A stretch of DNA of 64,000 nucleotides. It comes from Patescibacteria group bacterium. GTDB taxonomy: Bacteria; Patescibacteriota; Patescibacteriia; UBA2196. Each line of letters begins with the position of its first letter. The first letter of the stretch is position 1. The stretch covers positions 64,354-128,353 of the forward strand of contig JAQTPI010000001.1 of assembly GCA_028748975.1 (NCBI GenBank), in the 5' to 3' direction. Under the pieces are notes generated by a model. The model was not told where the DNA came from, did no database searches, and worked only from the letters and a program-made list of their open reading frames with translations. The translations under genes were made by a program, and so were the position numbers. This document shows positions 8,407 through 18,041 of this stretch, one piece after another.

Positions 8407-8646
8407 ATGAGTGAAAACAACTACATTCATGGTGATGTGGAAGTAAAGAGATCTTTCGGAGGAATATTCTTCAGTATAAGATTTTTAGGGCATGACGAAG
8501 AAATCTGTCTACCTCGTGAGCTGAAAAAACTGGTGGACGTCGACGACAACATCGGAGTCGAATACGAAATACTTCCCATAGGCCAAAGACGTGCCACTAA
8601 GGTGACAAAAAACGGCAATACCATCTGGAAGGGTAAGTTGGAATAA
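8407..8646 (+). CDS. hypothetical small protein (possible OB-fold)
   Basis: 79-aa ORF with a strong AAAGGAGG site and a consensus promoter at 8325-8352. An intrinsic terminator follows. Confidence 0.45.
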   Translation: MSENNYIHGDVEVKRSFGGIFFSIRFLGHDEEICLPRELKKLVDVDDNIGVEYEILPIGQRRATKVTKNGNTIWKGKLE

Positions 8647-8676
8647 TTTATTGCCCCAGTCATCAGATCCAGACAT

Positions 8677-8712
8677 CCAGTGCTAAAAACGCTGGATGTT
8701 TTTTATTTTCTG
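8677..8712 (+). terminator. intrinsic terminator
   Basis: catccag-tgctaaaaacg-ctggatg followed by TTTTTTATTTT. Confidence 0.7.
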
Positions 8713-8784
8713 AATCTCTGTCTTCATGGAAATAACAGAACTTGTTAACTCGTTAACTCGTTAATAAAATAACTTTAAAATTTA

Positions 8785-8835
8785 CTGACGAGATCCCTCG
8801 GCTCCTAACTTCTCTAAAAGGCCGCTCGGGATAAA
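8785..8835 (-). repeat. family R2 element (TTTATCCCGAGCGGCC..GAGCCGAGGGATCTCG), directly 3' of the dnaE stop
   Basis: Reverse complement of caatttatcccgagcggccttttagagaagttaggagccgagggatctcgtcag. Confidence 0.75.
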
Positions 8836-8842
8836 TTGCGGG

Positions 8843-11800
8843 CTATTTCACCGCCACGCTGCCTTCGCCGGTGATTTCTTCAATCCGCGCTTTCAGCGCG
8901 TCGCTATACTTAATTTTATAACTTGTTTGGATTTTGCGCAACACGCCGGTTTGTTCCACTGTCAGCATCACCTGGTGATTGCCCGGGTGTTCCAAAAACA
9001 CCGCTTTGATTTGCAAATGAATTTCCGTATTAAAATATTTTGGCAATTTAATCCAGACCTGATTGGCCACTGCTGTGTAAGCCACTGGCGCGGCCGGTTT
9101 GTTGTAGCGCGGAGCGTAGAAACCATTACCGCTATTACTATTATTACTGCTATTGCTATTATTATTTTTATTACTGTATCCGTTTCCGTTCGCCAGCGCT
9201 TTCTCTGCCGTGGTCAAAATTTCCTCCGCCGTTTCTGGGAAAATTTGAAAAGCGCTGTCCACCAAAACCTTGGCCTCATCATCTTTATAAGATAATTTTC
9301 CAACTACCACCACTGGCCGTCCTTCCACCCAAAGTTCGCTGGTCTTTTTCAAAACCGAAGGGAAAACAATAATTTCCAAGCCCGAATTCAAATCTTCCAA
9401 ACCCACAAAAAGCATGGGCTCGTTGGTTTTGGTAAATATTTTTTTAATGGTGCTGATAATGCCGGCGGAAATTATTTTTTCTTCGCGATTAATAGCTTTA
9501 ATTTCATTTAAAGAACGCACGCGCCCGGTTAATAAAGTAGCAACCTCTGCAAAGGGGTGGCTGGAAACATAAAGTCCGAGTAATTCTTTTTCCCACTGCA
9601 GTTTGGTTTTGATGTCAGTTGCTGCGGTGGCTTTTAGATTTAGTGGCAGCAAACCCGGGTCTTCGCCTGCTTTTGGTGCGGTAGCGAAGAGCGAGGTTTG
9701 CCTGTCGTCCGTTTCTTTCTTGCTGTTTTTAATATACCCCAAAATCAAATCCATATTGGCCATAATGGTGCCGCGTTCGGCAAAAGAATCCAAAGCCCCG
9801 CTCATAGCGAGCGCTTCCAATGATTTTTTATTTAAAGTCCGGCCCTGCACGCGCTTCAGCAAGTCCTCAAAAGATTTAAAGGGGCCATTTTTTTCGCGCT
9901 CGGCCACGATGACGTTGATGACATCAGCTCCCAAATTCTTGATGGCCAAAAAACCAAAACGAATTTCCGCGTCGGAAATGTAAGTAAAATTCAGGCGCGA
10001 CTCGTTAATGTCCGGCGGTAAAATTTTAATGCCCATTTTTTTGGCTTCCTGCACTGCCGCCGCCACTTTTTCCGCGTCATCCGATTCCATGCTCAAAACC
10101 ATGGTCATGTATTCAGTGGGGAAATTAGCTTTTAAATAAGCTGTCAAATAGGCGACAATGCCATAAGAAGCGGCATGCGCCTTGTTGAAACCATAAGCCG
10201 CGAAGGGTTTTATTAATTCCCAAAGAGCGTCTGTTTTTTCTTGGCTAAGTCCACCCGCCACGCAGCCGGCCTTGAATTTGTCTTCCTGCGCCATCATTTC
10301 CGCTGGAATTTTTTTGCCCATGGCTTTTCTAAATTTATCCGCTTCGTCCCAGTTATAGCCGGCCAGATGAATGGCCGAAAGCATAATGTCTTCTTGATAA
10401 ATCAAAAGTCCAAGCGACATATCCAAAACATCTTTCATTCGGGGGTCGGGGTAAGTAACCAGGGTCGGATTGTGTTTGCGCCGGATGAATTCCGGAATGG
10501 ATTCCATCGGTCCTGGGCGATAAAGCGCCACCATGGCCATAATGTCAAAAATATTAGTCGGTTTTAAATCAATTAAATATTTAGTCATGCCGGAGGAAGA
10601 AAGCTGGAAAACGCCAATGGTTTCACCCTTGGCCAAAAGTTCGTATGTTTTTTTGTCATCAAAAGGAACTTTGGCCAAATCAATTTCCACGCCCTTGGTT
10701 TTTTTAATCAGTTTAATCGCTTCACCCATAATAGACAAGTTGGTGATGCCCAAAAAATCAAATTTCAAAAGCCCGGCCGCTTCGGCCGCGCCCATTTCAT
10801 ATTGCGTGATTTTTTTGCGCCCAGATGGATCGCGCTGCAGCGGCACAAATTCCGTAATTTTTCTTGGCGCGATTAAAACTCCCGCGGCGTGGATGGAAGT
10901 GTGCCGGCAGCAACCCTCAATTTTTTGCGCCAATTCAATAATGCGTTTGGCGTCCGGATTATTTTCATACTCCATTTTTAATTCCGGATTAATTCCCATG
11001 GCCGCTTCAATAGTCATGGCGAAACCCTGCGAACCAAAAGGAATCATTTTGGCCAATTTGTCGCCGTATTCATACGGGATGCCGAGCGCCCGCGTCACAT
11101 CGCGGACCGAACCCCTCGCCATCATGGTGCCAAAGGTGCAAATCTGCGCCACTTTATCCGCGCCGTATTTTTTGGTGGCGTATTCAATCATTTCATCGCG
11201 GCGGTTGTCGGCAAAATCCATGTCAATATCCGGCGGCGACGGACGGAAAGGATTTAAAAAACGTTCAAAAGGCAATTTAAAAGCAATCGGGTCAATCGTG
11301 ATAATGCCAATGGCAAAACTGACGAGTGAACCAGCGGCCGAGCCTCTCGTGGTCATGACAATGCCGTTTTCTCTGGACCAGTTGATTAAATCCGCCACTA
11401 CCAGAAAATATGGCGCGTAGCCCTTCTTAATGATAATTTCCAGTTCATATTCCAATCGTTCCAGATAATTTTGGGGAGTATTGGGAATTTTTTTAGAAAG
11501 ACCATCGCGCGCGTTTTCTCGAAGCACTTCTTCCGCGGTTTTATTTTCCGGCAATTCAATCGCTGGAAAATTCCACTTGCCCAACTCCAATTTCACTTCG
11601 CATTGGTCAGCGATTTTTGCCGTGTTTTCAATCGCGCCGGGATATTTTTTGAATTTTTCTTCCATCACTTCCGGCGAAGCAAAAGAACAGTCAAATTCCA
11701 GCATGGACAGCCGGCCGGGCGTGTCCACGGTGGAGCCGGTGTTGATGGCCAGCATCACGTCCTGGGCTTCCGCGTCAACTTTATTAATATAGTGAGAATC

Positions 11801-12415
11801 TTTAGTGGCGATTAAAGGCGCGCCTGTTTTTATTGACAGCGCCGCGATTTTTTCAAAATATTCTTCCTGGCCTTTAATATTTTCTCCCAGATAAACCATT
11901 TCCAGATAAAAATTTTCCGCGCCGAAAATTTCCTGATATTCGCGCGTTAATTTTTCCGCCAATTCCAAATTATCTTCGCGCAGCGCCCGATTAATTTCGC
12001 CGGCCCAGCAAGCGGAAGAACCGATCAGTCCTTCGGCATATTTTTTCAAAACTTCTTTATCCAAGCGCGGTTTGTAATAGAATCCATCAAGCTGCGCGAT
12101 GGTGGCCAATTCTATCAAATTATGATAACCGACATTATTTTTGGCGAGTAAAATCAAATGCGCTGCTTTCTCATCCAGTTTTGTTTTTTTATAAATCAAG
12201 CGGCGCGGGGCGACATAGGCCTCCATGCCGATAATTGGTTTCACCCCCATTTTTTTGGCGAGTTGATAAAATTCCAAAGCGCCGTACATGGCGCCGTGGT
12301 CGGTCAGCGCCATGGCCGGAATTTTGTATTCCAAACATTTCTTGAGATAATCCTCAAGTTTCGGCAGTCCGTCCAAGAGAGAATAGTGGGAGTGGTTGTG
12401 GAGGGGGATGTACAT
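8843..12415 (-). CDS. dnaE: DNA polymerase III alpha subunit
   Basis: PHP-domain start (HNHSHYSLLDG), polymerase core and an OB region. The AT-rich N-terminal extension to 12463 in the ORF track is probably not translated. An Asn/Ser-rich low-complexity insertion lies near the C-terminus. Confidence 0.9.
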   Translation of the reverse strand: MYIPLHNHSHYSLLDGLPKLEDYLKKCLEYKIPAMALTDHGAMYGALEFYQLAKKMGVKPIIGMEAYVAPRRLIYKKTKLDEKAAHLILLAKNNVGYHNLIELATIAQLDGFYYKPRLDKEVLKKYAEGLIGSSACWAGEINRALREDNLELAEKLTREYQEIFGAENFYLEMVYLGENIKGQEEYFEKIAALSIKTGAPLIATKDSHYINKVDAEAQDVMLAINTGSTVDTPGRLSMLEFDCSFASPEVMEEKFKKYPGAIENTAKIADQCEVKLELGKWNFPAIELPENKTAEEVLRENARDGLSKKIPNTPQNYLERLEYELEIIIKKGYAPYFLVVADLINWSRENGIVMTTRGSAAGSLVSFAIGIITIDPIAFKLPFERFLNPFRPSPPDIDMDFADNRRDEMIEYATKKYGADKVAQICTFGTMMARGSVRDVTRALGIPYEYGDKLAKMIPFGSQGFAMTIEAAMGINPELKMEYENNPDAKRIIELAQKIEGCCRHTSIHAAGVLIAPRKITEFVPLQRDPSGRKKITQYEMGAAEAAGLLKFDFLGITNLSIMGEAIKLIKKTKGVEIDLAKVPFDDKKTYELLAKGETIGVFQLSSSGMTKYLIDLKPTNIFDIMAMVALYRPGPMESIPEFIRRKHNPTLVTYPDPRMKDVLDMSLGLLIYQEDIMLSAIHLAGYNWDEADKFRKAMGKKIPAEMMAQEDKFKAGCVAGGLSQEKTDALWELIKPFAAYGFNKAHAASYGIVAYLTAYLKANFPTEYMTMVLSMESDDAEKVAAAVQEAKKMGIKILPPDINESRLNFTYISDAEIRFGFLAIKNLGADVINVIVAEREKNGPFKSFEDLLKRVQGRTLNKKSLEALAMSGALDSFAERGTIMANMDLILGYIKNSKKETDDRQTSLFATAPKAGEDPGLLPLNLKATAATDIKTKLQWEKELLGLYVSSHPFAEVATLLTGRVRSLNEIKAINREEKIISAGIISTIKKIFTKTNEPMLFVGLEDLNSGLEIIVFPSVLKKTSELWVEGRPVVVVGKLSYKDDEAKVLVDSAFQIFPETAEEILTTAEKALANGNGYSNKNNNSNSSNNSNSGNGFYAPRYNKPAAPVAYTAVANQVWIKLPKYFNTEIHLQIKAVFLEHPGNHQVMLTVEQTGVLRKIQTSYKIKYSDALKARIEEITGEGSVAVK

Positions 12416-12486
12416 GATAAAATAAAAAATTAAAAATAAAATATAAAAATTTTGGTTTGCCACTGCTGTGGCACGAATGATAATAA

Positions 12487-12660
12487 ACCCCTCCCAAACC
12501 CTCCCCTTAGTAAGGGGAGGAGCTTACGATGAGCTCCCCTCCTTTATAAGGAGGGGGTTGGGGGAGGTATTTGTATATTCGCCGCTAGGCGCGTCGCCAT
12601 CTCCTCCTTAAGAAGGAGGAGACCAAGAGGAGGTTAACTCGCCGATAGGCGCATATAATT
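12487..12660. repeat. family R3 composite module
   Basis: ccctccccttagtaaggggagg, cccctcctttataaggaggggg, ctcctccttaagaaggaggag and aactcgccgataggcgcatataatt. Confidence 0.7.
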
Positions 12661-12752
12661 TTCCGAAATATTTTTATCTTTTCTACCATCATTTTATCAG
12701 AACACCAGCCAGGTGGCAATCGTGGAAAAGTCAATTATTTTTTTAGTGCTGG

Positions 12753-12784
12753 TTGACAAATGTTTTAAAAAGGTATATAATGCC
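12753..12784 (+). promoter_or_regulatory. sigma70-type promoter
   Basis: TTGACA-17-TATAAT upstream of the 12868 gene. Confidence 0.6.
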
Positions 12785-12867
12785 CTTATCGGGTAAAAAC
12801 CCTAAAAATCTTTAATTTTGCTTTGCCCGAGGCAAAAATTAAGGGAACAAAAGAGGAGGATTTTAAA

Positions 12868-13758
12868 ATGGGAGTTTTACAAACAAGGACCGTGACGACG
12901 TATACGCTGGCCAATGCTTTGCTGGCGGCGGAGGAAATTTTGGGCAAGGGACGCAAGTGGCTGGCGGCCAATCGAACACAGGATGCATATTTGAAGGATT
13001 TTTTCCTGCCCAAGGAAGCGCTGGCCATTCCGGAGGTGGAGAGCAAAACGTCTTGGGATAATGAGGTTCTGAACGCTTTTCTGCGTGAAAAAGGATTCGA
13101 CATCCAATTATCACCCTTTGATTCAAGTACATTCGGCGTGGTGAGTATTCTGGATCTTTTGATCCACTGGCTGGTCAAGGGTGAAAAACGAACCTTGAAC
13201 GCGGTGGATAAGAAAAATTATCCGGCGGTTTTTTTGAAGCACGGAGTGATGGTCGGCAGGGTTTCGGGAGCGGGACACGAATATCCGATAGCAAGAATTG
13301 AAACCCAAAAACCGGATGGCAGTGAAGCCGGCAAGACCGTGGTCTATATGACACCGTGTGATAATCCGCCGGAAGATGGATTTGACCTGATTCGTTTGGT
13401 CACCAGATTTTCTAATTGTTTCACACTGGATCATGAATACGAAGGCGTGACATTCCCGATGATTGACTTGGACGTCAAACCGAATGTCAGTTGGTTGTTG
13501 CAAATGTCAACAACCGACCAAGGCGGGCAGCCCTGGGAGATATCCCAGGCAATGCAGCAGACCAAACTCCGTCTAAACGAAATCGGTGTTCATCTTAAGG
13601 ATGCGATGGCGATTGGAGTTCGGTGTATAAGTCTTCCTAAACAGCCTTTTGAAATTGATCGGCCGTTTCTGCTGTGGGTTACGCGCCAGGGGCTGAGTTT
13701 CCCTCTTTTTACGGGCTTTCTCCGCCCGGATGTCTGGAAGGAACCGGCGGCGTTATAA
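12868..13758 (+). CDS. hypothetical protein with a serpin-like C-terminal signature (possibly a truncated serpin)
   Basis: The start has an AAGAGGAGG site. The C-terminus FEIDRPFLLWVTRQGLSFPLFTGFLRPD matches the serpin pattern F-x-[IV]-D-R-P-F-[LV]-[LF]-x-[IV] ... LF-x-G, and a hinge-like NEIG lies upstream. Only ~296 aa long. Local GC (~50%) is higher than the flanks. Confidence 0.4.
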   Translation: MGVLQTRTVTTYTLANALLAAEEILGKGRKWLAANRTQDAYLKDFFLPKEALAIPEVESKTSWDNEVLNAFLREKGFDIQLSPFDSSTFGVVSILDLLIHWLVKGEKRTLNAVDKKNYPAVFLKHGVMVGRVSGAGHEYPIARIETQKPDGSEAGKTVVYMTPCDNPPEDGFDLIRLVTRFSNCFTLDHEYEGVTFPMIDLDVKPNVSWLLQMSTTDQGGQPWEISQAMQQTKLRLNEIGVHLKDAMAIGVRCISLPKQPFEIDRPFLLWVTRQGLSFPLFTGFLRPDVWKEPAAL

Positions 13759-13832
13759 AACACAGCAATACAAATCAAAACCCTCACCATTTGCTTGGTG
13801 GGGGTTTTATATTTTTTATAATTTAATTCAAC

Positions 13833-14135
13833 CTATTCCGCTTTCTTGCTTTTTTTCTCGGCTTTACCTTGTTTCTTCTCTTTCACATACCCAATAATTT
13901 TACCAATGCCAGTGGCGGCCAAATCAATGTATTCGGCGGTTTTTTCAAAACGCTCTTTGGCTTGCTTGGAAATGTCTTCCAGCGCTTTCAGTTTTTTTCT
14001 GATGCTTCTCGTGATGACATACACGTGGCGGACAATCATAATCACATAAAAAAGCCACCAGCAGACGAAAATGGTGAACCAGAGCAGACAAAAAGCAATG
14101 ACGATGTATAAAAGGTCTAAGGAATTGTTGAGCAT
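13833..14135 (-). CDS. hypothetical small membrane protein
   Basis: 100-aa ORF with an N-terminal transmembrane helix and a Lys/Glu-rich coiled tail. Confidence 0.4.
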   Translation of the reverse strand: MLNNSLDLLYIVIAFCLLWFTIFVCWWLFYVIMIVRHVYVITRSIRKKLKALEDISKQAKERFEKTAEYIDLAATGIGKIIGYVKEKKQGKAEKKSKKAE

Positions 14136-14146
14136 GGGAGTTGTCT

Positions 14147-14186
14147 CGCGAATTCCTCGCGAATTACCGGCGAATGAATCGCGAAT
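14147..14186. repeat. family R4 half-array (CGCGAAT x4 at an exact 11-bp period)
   Basis: cgcgaattcctcgcgaattaccggcgaatgaatcgcgaat, in a divergent promoter region. Confidence 0.65.
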
Positions 14187-14254
14187 ATTAATTGTGGATA
14201 AGTATAGTATAGCATTTTTTTGTTTTCAAAACAAATGTATGGTATAATAAAAAT

Positions 14255-15139
14255 ATGGATCAAATAGACTACAATAAATGGTATTATAAAATCATCTATT
14301 TTTTCATCGTTAATCAGGTGGCCCTTAAGCGCGCCTTGATTGTTGTTTTAATTGTTGTTAATATGATCTTCTGGGGATGGAGTGTGCCCAAATGGACGGA
14401 TTATTTTTTGACCTCTCAACAACATAATGCTTCCCTGGCGCAACTTAATAACATTAATTATAACGCTCTCAAAGGTTGTAATAGTTTAACCAGTGCTAAT
14501 GTTTCTTTGGTCAAAGCTTTGGTCAGTTCCGACACTTCCGACCAATATAATTTTTTAGCAAAAATTACCAATCCTAATGCCAAGTGTTTGGTAAAAAAAA
14601 TTAGATATTATTTCACCTATCAAGGTCATCAGCAAATCAATAATATTTATCACGAAGATTTTATTTTACCGGGGGAGACCAAATACCTTTTTTCTTTTAA
14701 CGAAGAAATTGATATGCCGGTGATCTCGGCAGTGGAATTAAAAATTGAAAGCGAAGAACTCCAACCCTTGCGTGACCTTAAAAACCTATCTCTTTTGAAA
14801 GATTTAAGTTATGAAAAGGCGCGGTTGGAAAATTTAGACGAGTCCACCATTGTTACTTTTAACGCCGTGAATGACACCCCCTATGATTTATGGCAGGTTG
14901 GTTATCAAGTTGTCTTGTATGCCGATAGCAATAAAACCACCCCTCTCGCCATGGGTTACACCACCGTTACTAATTTTTTAGCCGATTCCAAAGAGCCCGC
15001 GGCCGTTACTTGGTTTAAAGATTTTATTTCTCCTTCTCTGGTTGTGGAAATTATTCCGGATTTGAATGTTTTTGCGGCCAATATTTTTATGGAACGGGTT
15101 TATGAACCGGGTATTCCTCAGGGATTAGAGACAGAATAG
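14255..15139 (+). CDS. hypothetical membrane-anchored protein
   Basis: N-terminal transmembrane helix. The ATG lies 7 nt after an extended -10 (TGGTATAAT), so the transcript may be leaderless. Confidence 0.5.
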   Translation: MDQIDYNKWYYKIIYFFIVNQVALKRALIVVLIVVNMIFWGWSVPKWTDYFLTSQQHNASLAQLNNINYNALKGCNSLTSANVSLVKALVSSDTSDQYNFLAKITNPNAKCLVKKIRYYFTYQGHQQINNIYHEDFILPGETKYLFSFNEEIDMPVISAVELKIESEELQPLRDLKNLSLLKDLSYEKARLENLDESTIVTFNAVNDTPYDLWQVGYQVVLYADSNKTTPLAMGYTTVTNFLADSKEPAAVTWFKDFISPSLVVEIIPDLNVFAANIFMERVYEPGIPQGLETE

Positions 15140-15175
15140 GACCTATCAATAAGTCCTATAAGTCTTATAGGTCTT

Positions 15176-16276
15176 ATGTTAAATATTTCTCTAAAAAATT
15201 TTGATTGGTCGTTTTTTGCGGTGACGGTGCTTTTGATTTGTGTTGGGCTGACCATGATTTACAGCGTGACCTTAAGCCAAGAAGTGCCTGACTACTCGCT
15301 GCTTTGGAAGCAAGCGATTTTTTTTGCCATTGGCCTCATCTTGCTGTTTGTTTTTACCTCCTTTGACTATCGCACCCTCGGTTCTTTGAGTTGGTTGATT
15401 TATTTTTTATCACTTTTCCTGCTGTTGGCCGTTTTGTTTTTTGGCACCACCATCCATGGCACCCGCGGCTGGTTTAATTTTTTTGGTTTAAGTTTTCAGC
15501 CGGTGGAATTGGCCAAACTGACCATGATTATTTTTTTGGCCAAATTTTTTTCCAATCGGATGAGCCGCGACCGCTTGGCTCTCAAAACTATTTTTTCTTC
15601 CATATTTTTATTAATCGCGCCAATTGCTCTCATCATGCTCCAGCCGGATTTTGGCTCCGCCCTGATTATTTTTGCTGGCTGGCTCTTGATGGTTTGGTTC
15701 GCCGGCTTAAGTAGGAAGCACGCTTTAATACTTATAATTTTATTGATTATCATCGCCTCCATCAGTTGGTTGTTTGTCTTACAGGATTACCAAAAAGAAC
15801 GTTTCTTAAATTTTTTAAATTCTAATCGCGATCCCTTAAATGAGGGTTATAATGTGCGCCAATCCATTATTGCCGTTGGTTCTGGGGGTTTTTTGGGTCG
15901 TGGTTTGGGCTTTGGTCCGCAAAGCCAGTTGCGGTTTTTGCCGGAAACTTCGGCCGATTTCATTTTTGCTTCGCTTGCCGAAGAGCTTGGTTTTTGGGGC
16001 GTCCTTCTGGTCGTGGGTCTTTACGGAATTTTTTTCTGGCGTCTTTACCAAGCCGTAAAATTGGCGCGCGATAATTTCTCCACGCTTTTAATACTTGGCA
16101 TCTCCGCCATGTTTTTGTTTCAATTTTTCATCAATATTGGCATGGCTGTCGGCCTTTTGCCGGTCACCGGCCTACCCCTGCCTTTCATCAGTTCCGGCGG
16201 CACTTTCTTGATTATCAGTCTAATCACCGTCGGCATTGTGGAAAGCATGATCATGCGGAATAAGGGAGTGGTGTAA
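15176..16276 (+). CDS. FtsW/RodA/SpoVE-family (SEDS) lipid II flippase/polymerase
   Basis: Ten-TM profile and the GFGPQSQLRFLPETSADFIFASLAEELGF signature. Confidence 0.85.
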   Translation: MLNISLKNFDWSFFAVTVLLICVGLTMIYSVTLSQEVPDYSLLWKQAIFFAIGLILLFVFTSFDYRTLGSLSWLIYFLSLFLLLAVLFFGTTIHGTRGWFNFFGLSFQPVELAKLTMIIFLAKFFSNRMSRDRLALKTIFSSIFLLIAPIALIMLQPDFGSALIIFAGWLLMVWFAGLSRKHALILIILLIIIASISWLFVLQDYQKERFLNFLNSNRDPLNEGYNVRQSIIAVGSGGFLGRGLGFGPQSQLRFLPETSADFIFASLAEELGFWGVLLVVGLYGIFFWRLYQAVKLARDNFSTLLILGISAMFLFQFFINIGMAVGLLPVTGLPLPFISSGGTFLIISLITVGIVESMIMRNKGVV

Positions 16277-16289
16277 GAAAATTTTTAAT

Positions 16290-16560
16290 TTTATAATTTT
16301 TAATTTCTAATGACGCCATCGTCGCGACTGCCGCCTTAAAAAAGTTTTGGTATAAAATTGAGCTGACTGGAAGCGGTTCTCCGCCCGAGGCGGAGAAAAG
16401 TCCGCTTCTGTCTGACGCCGTTCCGCCGAAGCTCAACAGAGCGAGGCGGAACAAGGAGTTAACGGACTTAGCGACCAGGAAGCCAATTTTGTCAAAACTT
16501 TTTTACAGCGGCGCTTTTGGCGCCACCTTTATAAAAAGGTGGCAAAAGAAAGTTTGACAA
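16290..16560 (+). ncRNA. candidate structured non-coding region upstream of rplY (unclassified)
   Basis: GC-rich and stuffed with perfect hairpins (ttctccgcc-cgag-ggcggagaa, gttccgcc..gcggaac, ggcgccaccttt..aaaggtggc). Long-range complementarity between gaaaagtccgc and cggactt. No ORF. Confidence 0.25.
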
Positions 16561-16643
16561 AAAAATTATTACATATTAGAATAAAAGTAATATAAATTAA
16601 GATCCAAACTGGTTAGAAACTCGTCAAACCAGCCTTTTATTTT

Positions 16644-17372
16644 ATGAGTAAAGATACTTTTGAACTTAAAGCGAATTTAAGAGAAGAACTCGGCCGAAGC
16701 GTGGAAAAACTGCGCGCGGAAAATTTTTTACCGGCCGTGATCTATGGCCATGGTTTTAATAACCAAAACATTGTTTTAAAAAACAGTGATTTTGAACGCG
16801 TCTTTCGCGCTGCTGGCGAATCCAGCTTAATTGATCTGACTGTGGGTGAAGAAAAACCCATTAAAGTCTTGATTCATGACAAGCAAAACGATCCCATCAC
16901 CGGGGCTCCGATTCACGTTGATTTTTATAAAGTCAATATGGACGAAAAGATTAAAACCGAAGTGGAAATTGTTTTTGTGGGCGAATCAAGCGCGGTCAAA
17001 GATTTGGGCGGCGTCTTAATCAAAACTTTGGAAAAATTGCATATTGAATGTTTGCCCGGCGACTTAATCCACAGCGTGGAAGTTGATTTATCGGTGTTAA
17101 AACAAATTGGCGATGTGGTGCGCGTGGCCGATTTGAAAATCCCAGCCAATATTTTGGTTTTAAACAATCCGGAAAATCCGGTGGTTTTGGTGGAGGAAAT
17201 GAAAGTAGAGGTCTTTAAGGAAGAAACTCCGGCTGTTGCTCCTGGCGCTGAAGGTGCCACTCCTCCGCCGACTGAAGCTGAAGCTGCCGCGGCCGCCGCG
17301 GGTGAAACTGAAACGGGCGCCCAGCCAATGGCAGGAGCGGAAGATAAAAAAGATAAAAAAGATAAAAAATAA
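16644..17372 (+). CDS. rplY: 50S ribosomal protein L25 (general stress protein Ctc form)
   Basis: NFLPAVIYGHG N-terminal L25 motif. Carries a C-terminal Ala/Glu/Lys low-complexity tail. Confidence 0.85.
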   Translation: MSKDTFELKANLREELGRSVEKLRAENFLPAVIYGHGFNNQNIVLKNSDFERVFRAAGESSLIDLTVGEEKPIKVLIHDKQNDPITGAPIHVDFYKVNMDEKIKTEVEIVFVGESSAVKDLGGVLIKTLEKLHIECLPGDLIHSVEVDLSVLKQIGDVVRVADLKIPANILVLNNPENPVVLVEEMKVEVFKEETPAVAPGAEGATPPPTEAEAAAAAAGETETGAQPMAGAEDKKDKKDKK

Positions 17373-17522
17373 TCAAATCGTGTTATAATAAAAGTAATAG
17401 ATTTAATCATTGATAATTTTTATCTAAAATTTTTATCCGCGTTGATCAGCGTTCTAATCAGCGTAAATCCGTGTTAGTGTTTTTTACTTGGATTATAATG
17501 TCATAACACTAAATATTACCCC

Positions 17523-18014
17523 ATGCTTTCCATGCTAAAATTTGAGAAAAAAAATCACCAGGGCTTCACTCTCATTGAACTTTTGGTGATCATCGCCATC
17601 ATTGGCCTGCTCGCCGCCATTGGCCTGGTGGCCCTGCAAAACGCGCGCGAAAAATCTCACGATGTCAAAAGAAAAGATGATGCCAAGCAGCTTTCTGCCG
17701 CTTTAGGTTTATATTTTAATGGCGTTGGTAATGGCACCTATCCGACCCAAACCACTTTTGCCTGTCTCCCTGCCAGTTCTTTGGCTACGGATTTAATCAG
17801 CGGCGCTAAATCCATCATGAGCAATCTGCCCAGCGACCCCCTGATTGGTTGGAATACTGTCAGCACGGGTTGCTATGCCTATCGCGGCGGCGACCAGGAT
17901 TTTAAAATTATTATAGCTTTGGAAAACGATACCGCTTTAATGGCCAATGATGGCGGAGTGCTTAATAATCGTTATGAAATTTATACGCCCGGCGCGCAAA
18001 GTTGGCAACCGTAA
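17523..18014 (+). CDS. type IV pilin / pseudopilin (prepilin-type N-terminal cleavage/methylation domain)
   Basis: Leader ends ...NHQG followed by FTLIELLVIIAIIGLLAAIG. Confidence 0.8.
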   Translation: MLSMLKFEKKNHQGFTLIELLVIIAIIGLLAAIGLVALQNAREKSHDVKRKDDAKQLSAALGLYFNGVGNGTYPTQTTFACLPASSLATDLISGAKSIMSNLPSDPLIGWNTVSTGCYAYRGGDQDFKIIIALENDTALMANDGGVLNNRYEIYTPGAQSWQP

Positions 18015-18041
18015 GTTTTCTGCGGTTGTCATCTCAGAATT

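Noticed and set aside
12457-12479. Hairpin gccactgctgtggc upstream of dnaE as a terminator
   Set aside because: No gene ends there on either strand. It is more likely part of the adjacent R3 repeat cluster.
16290-16560. RNase P RNA or SRP RNA in the GC-rich spacer upstream of rplY
   Set aside because: It is too short for RNase P. It lacks GGUGAAA / ACAGAA-CCGGCUUA, and lacks the SRP domain IV GGAA..AGCAGCC motifs. It is kept only as an unclassified candidate.
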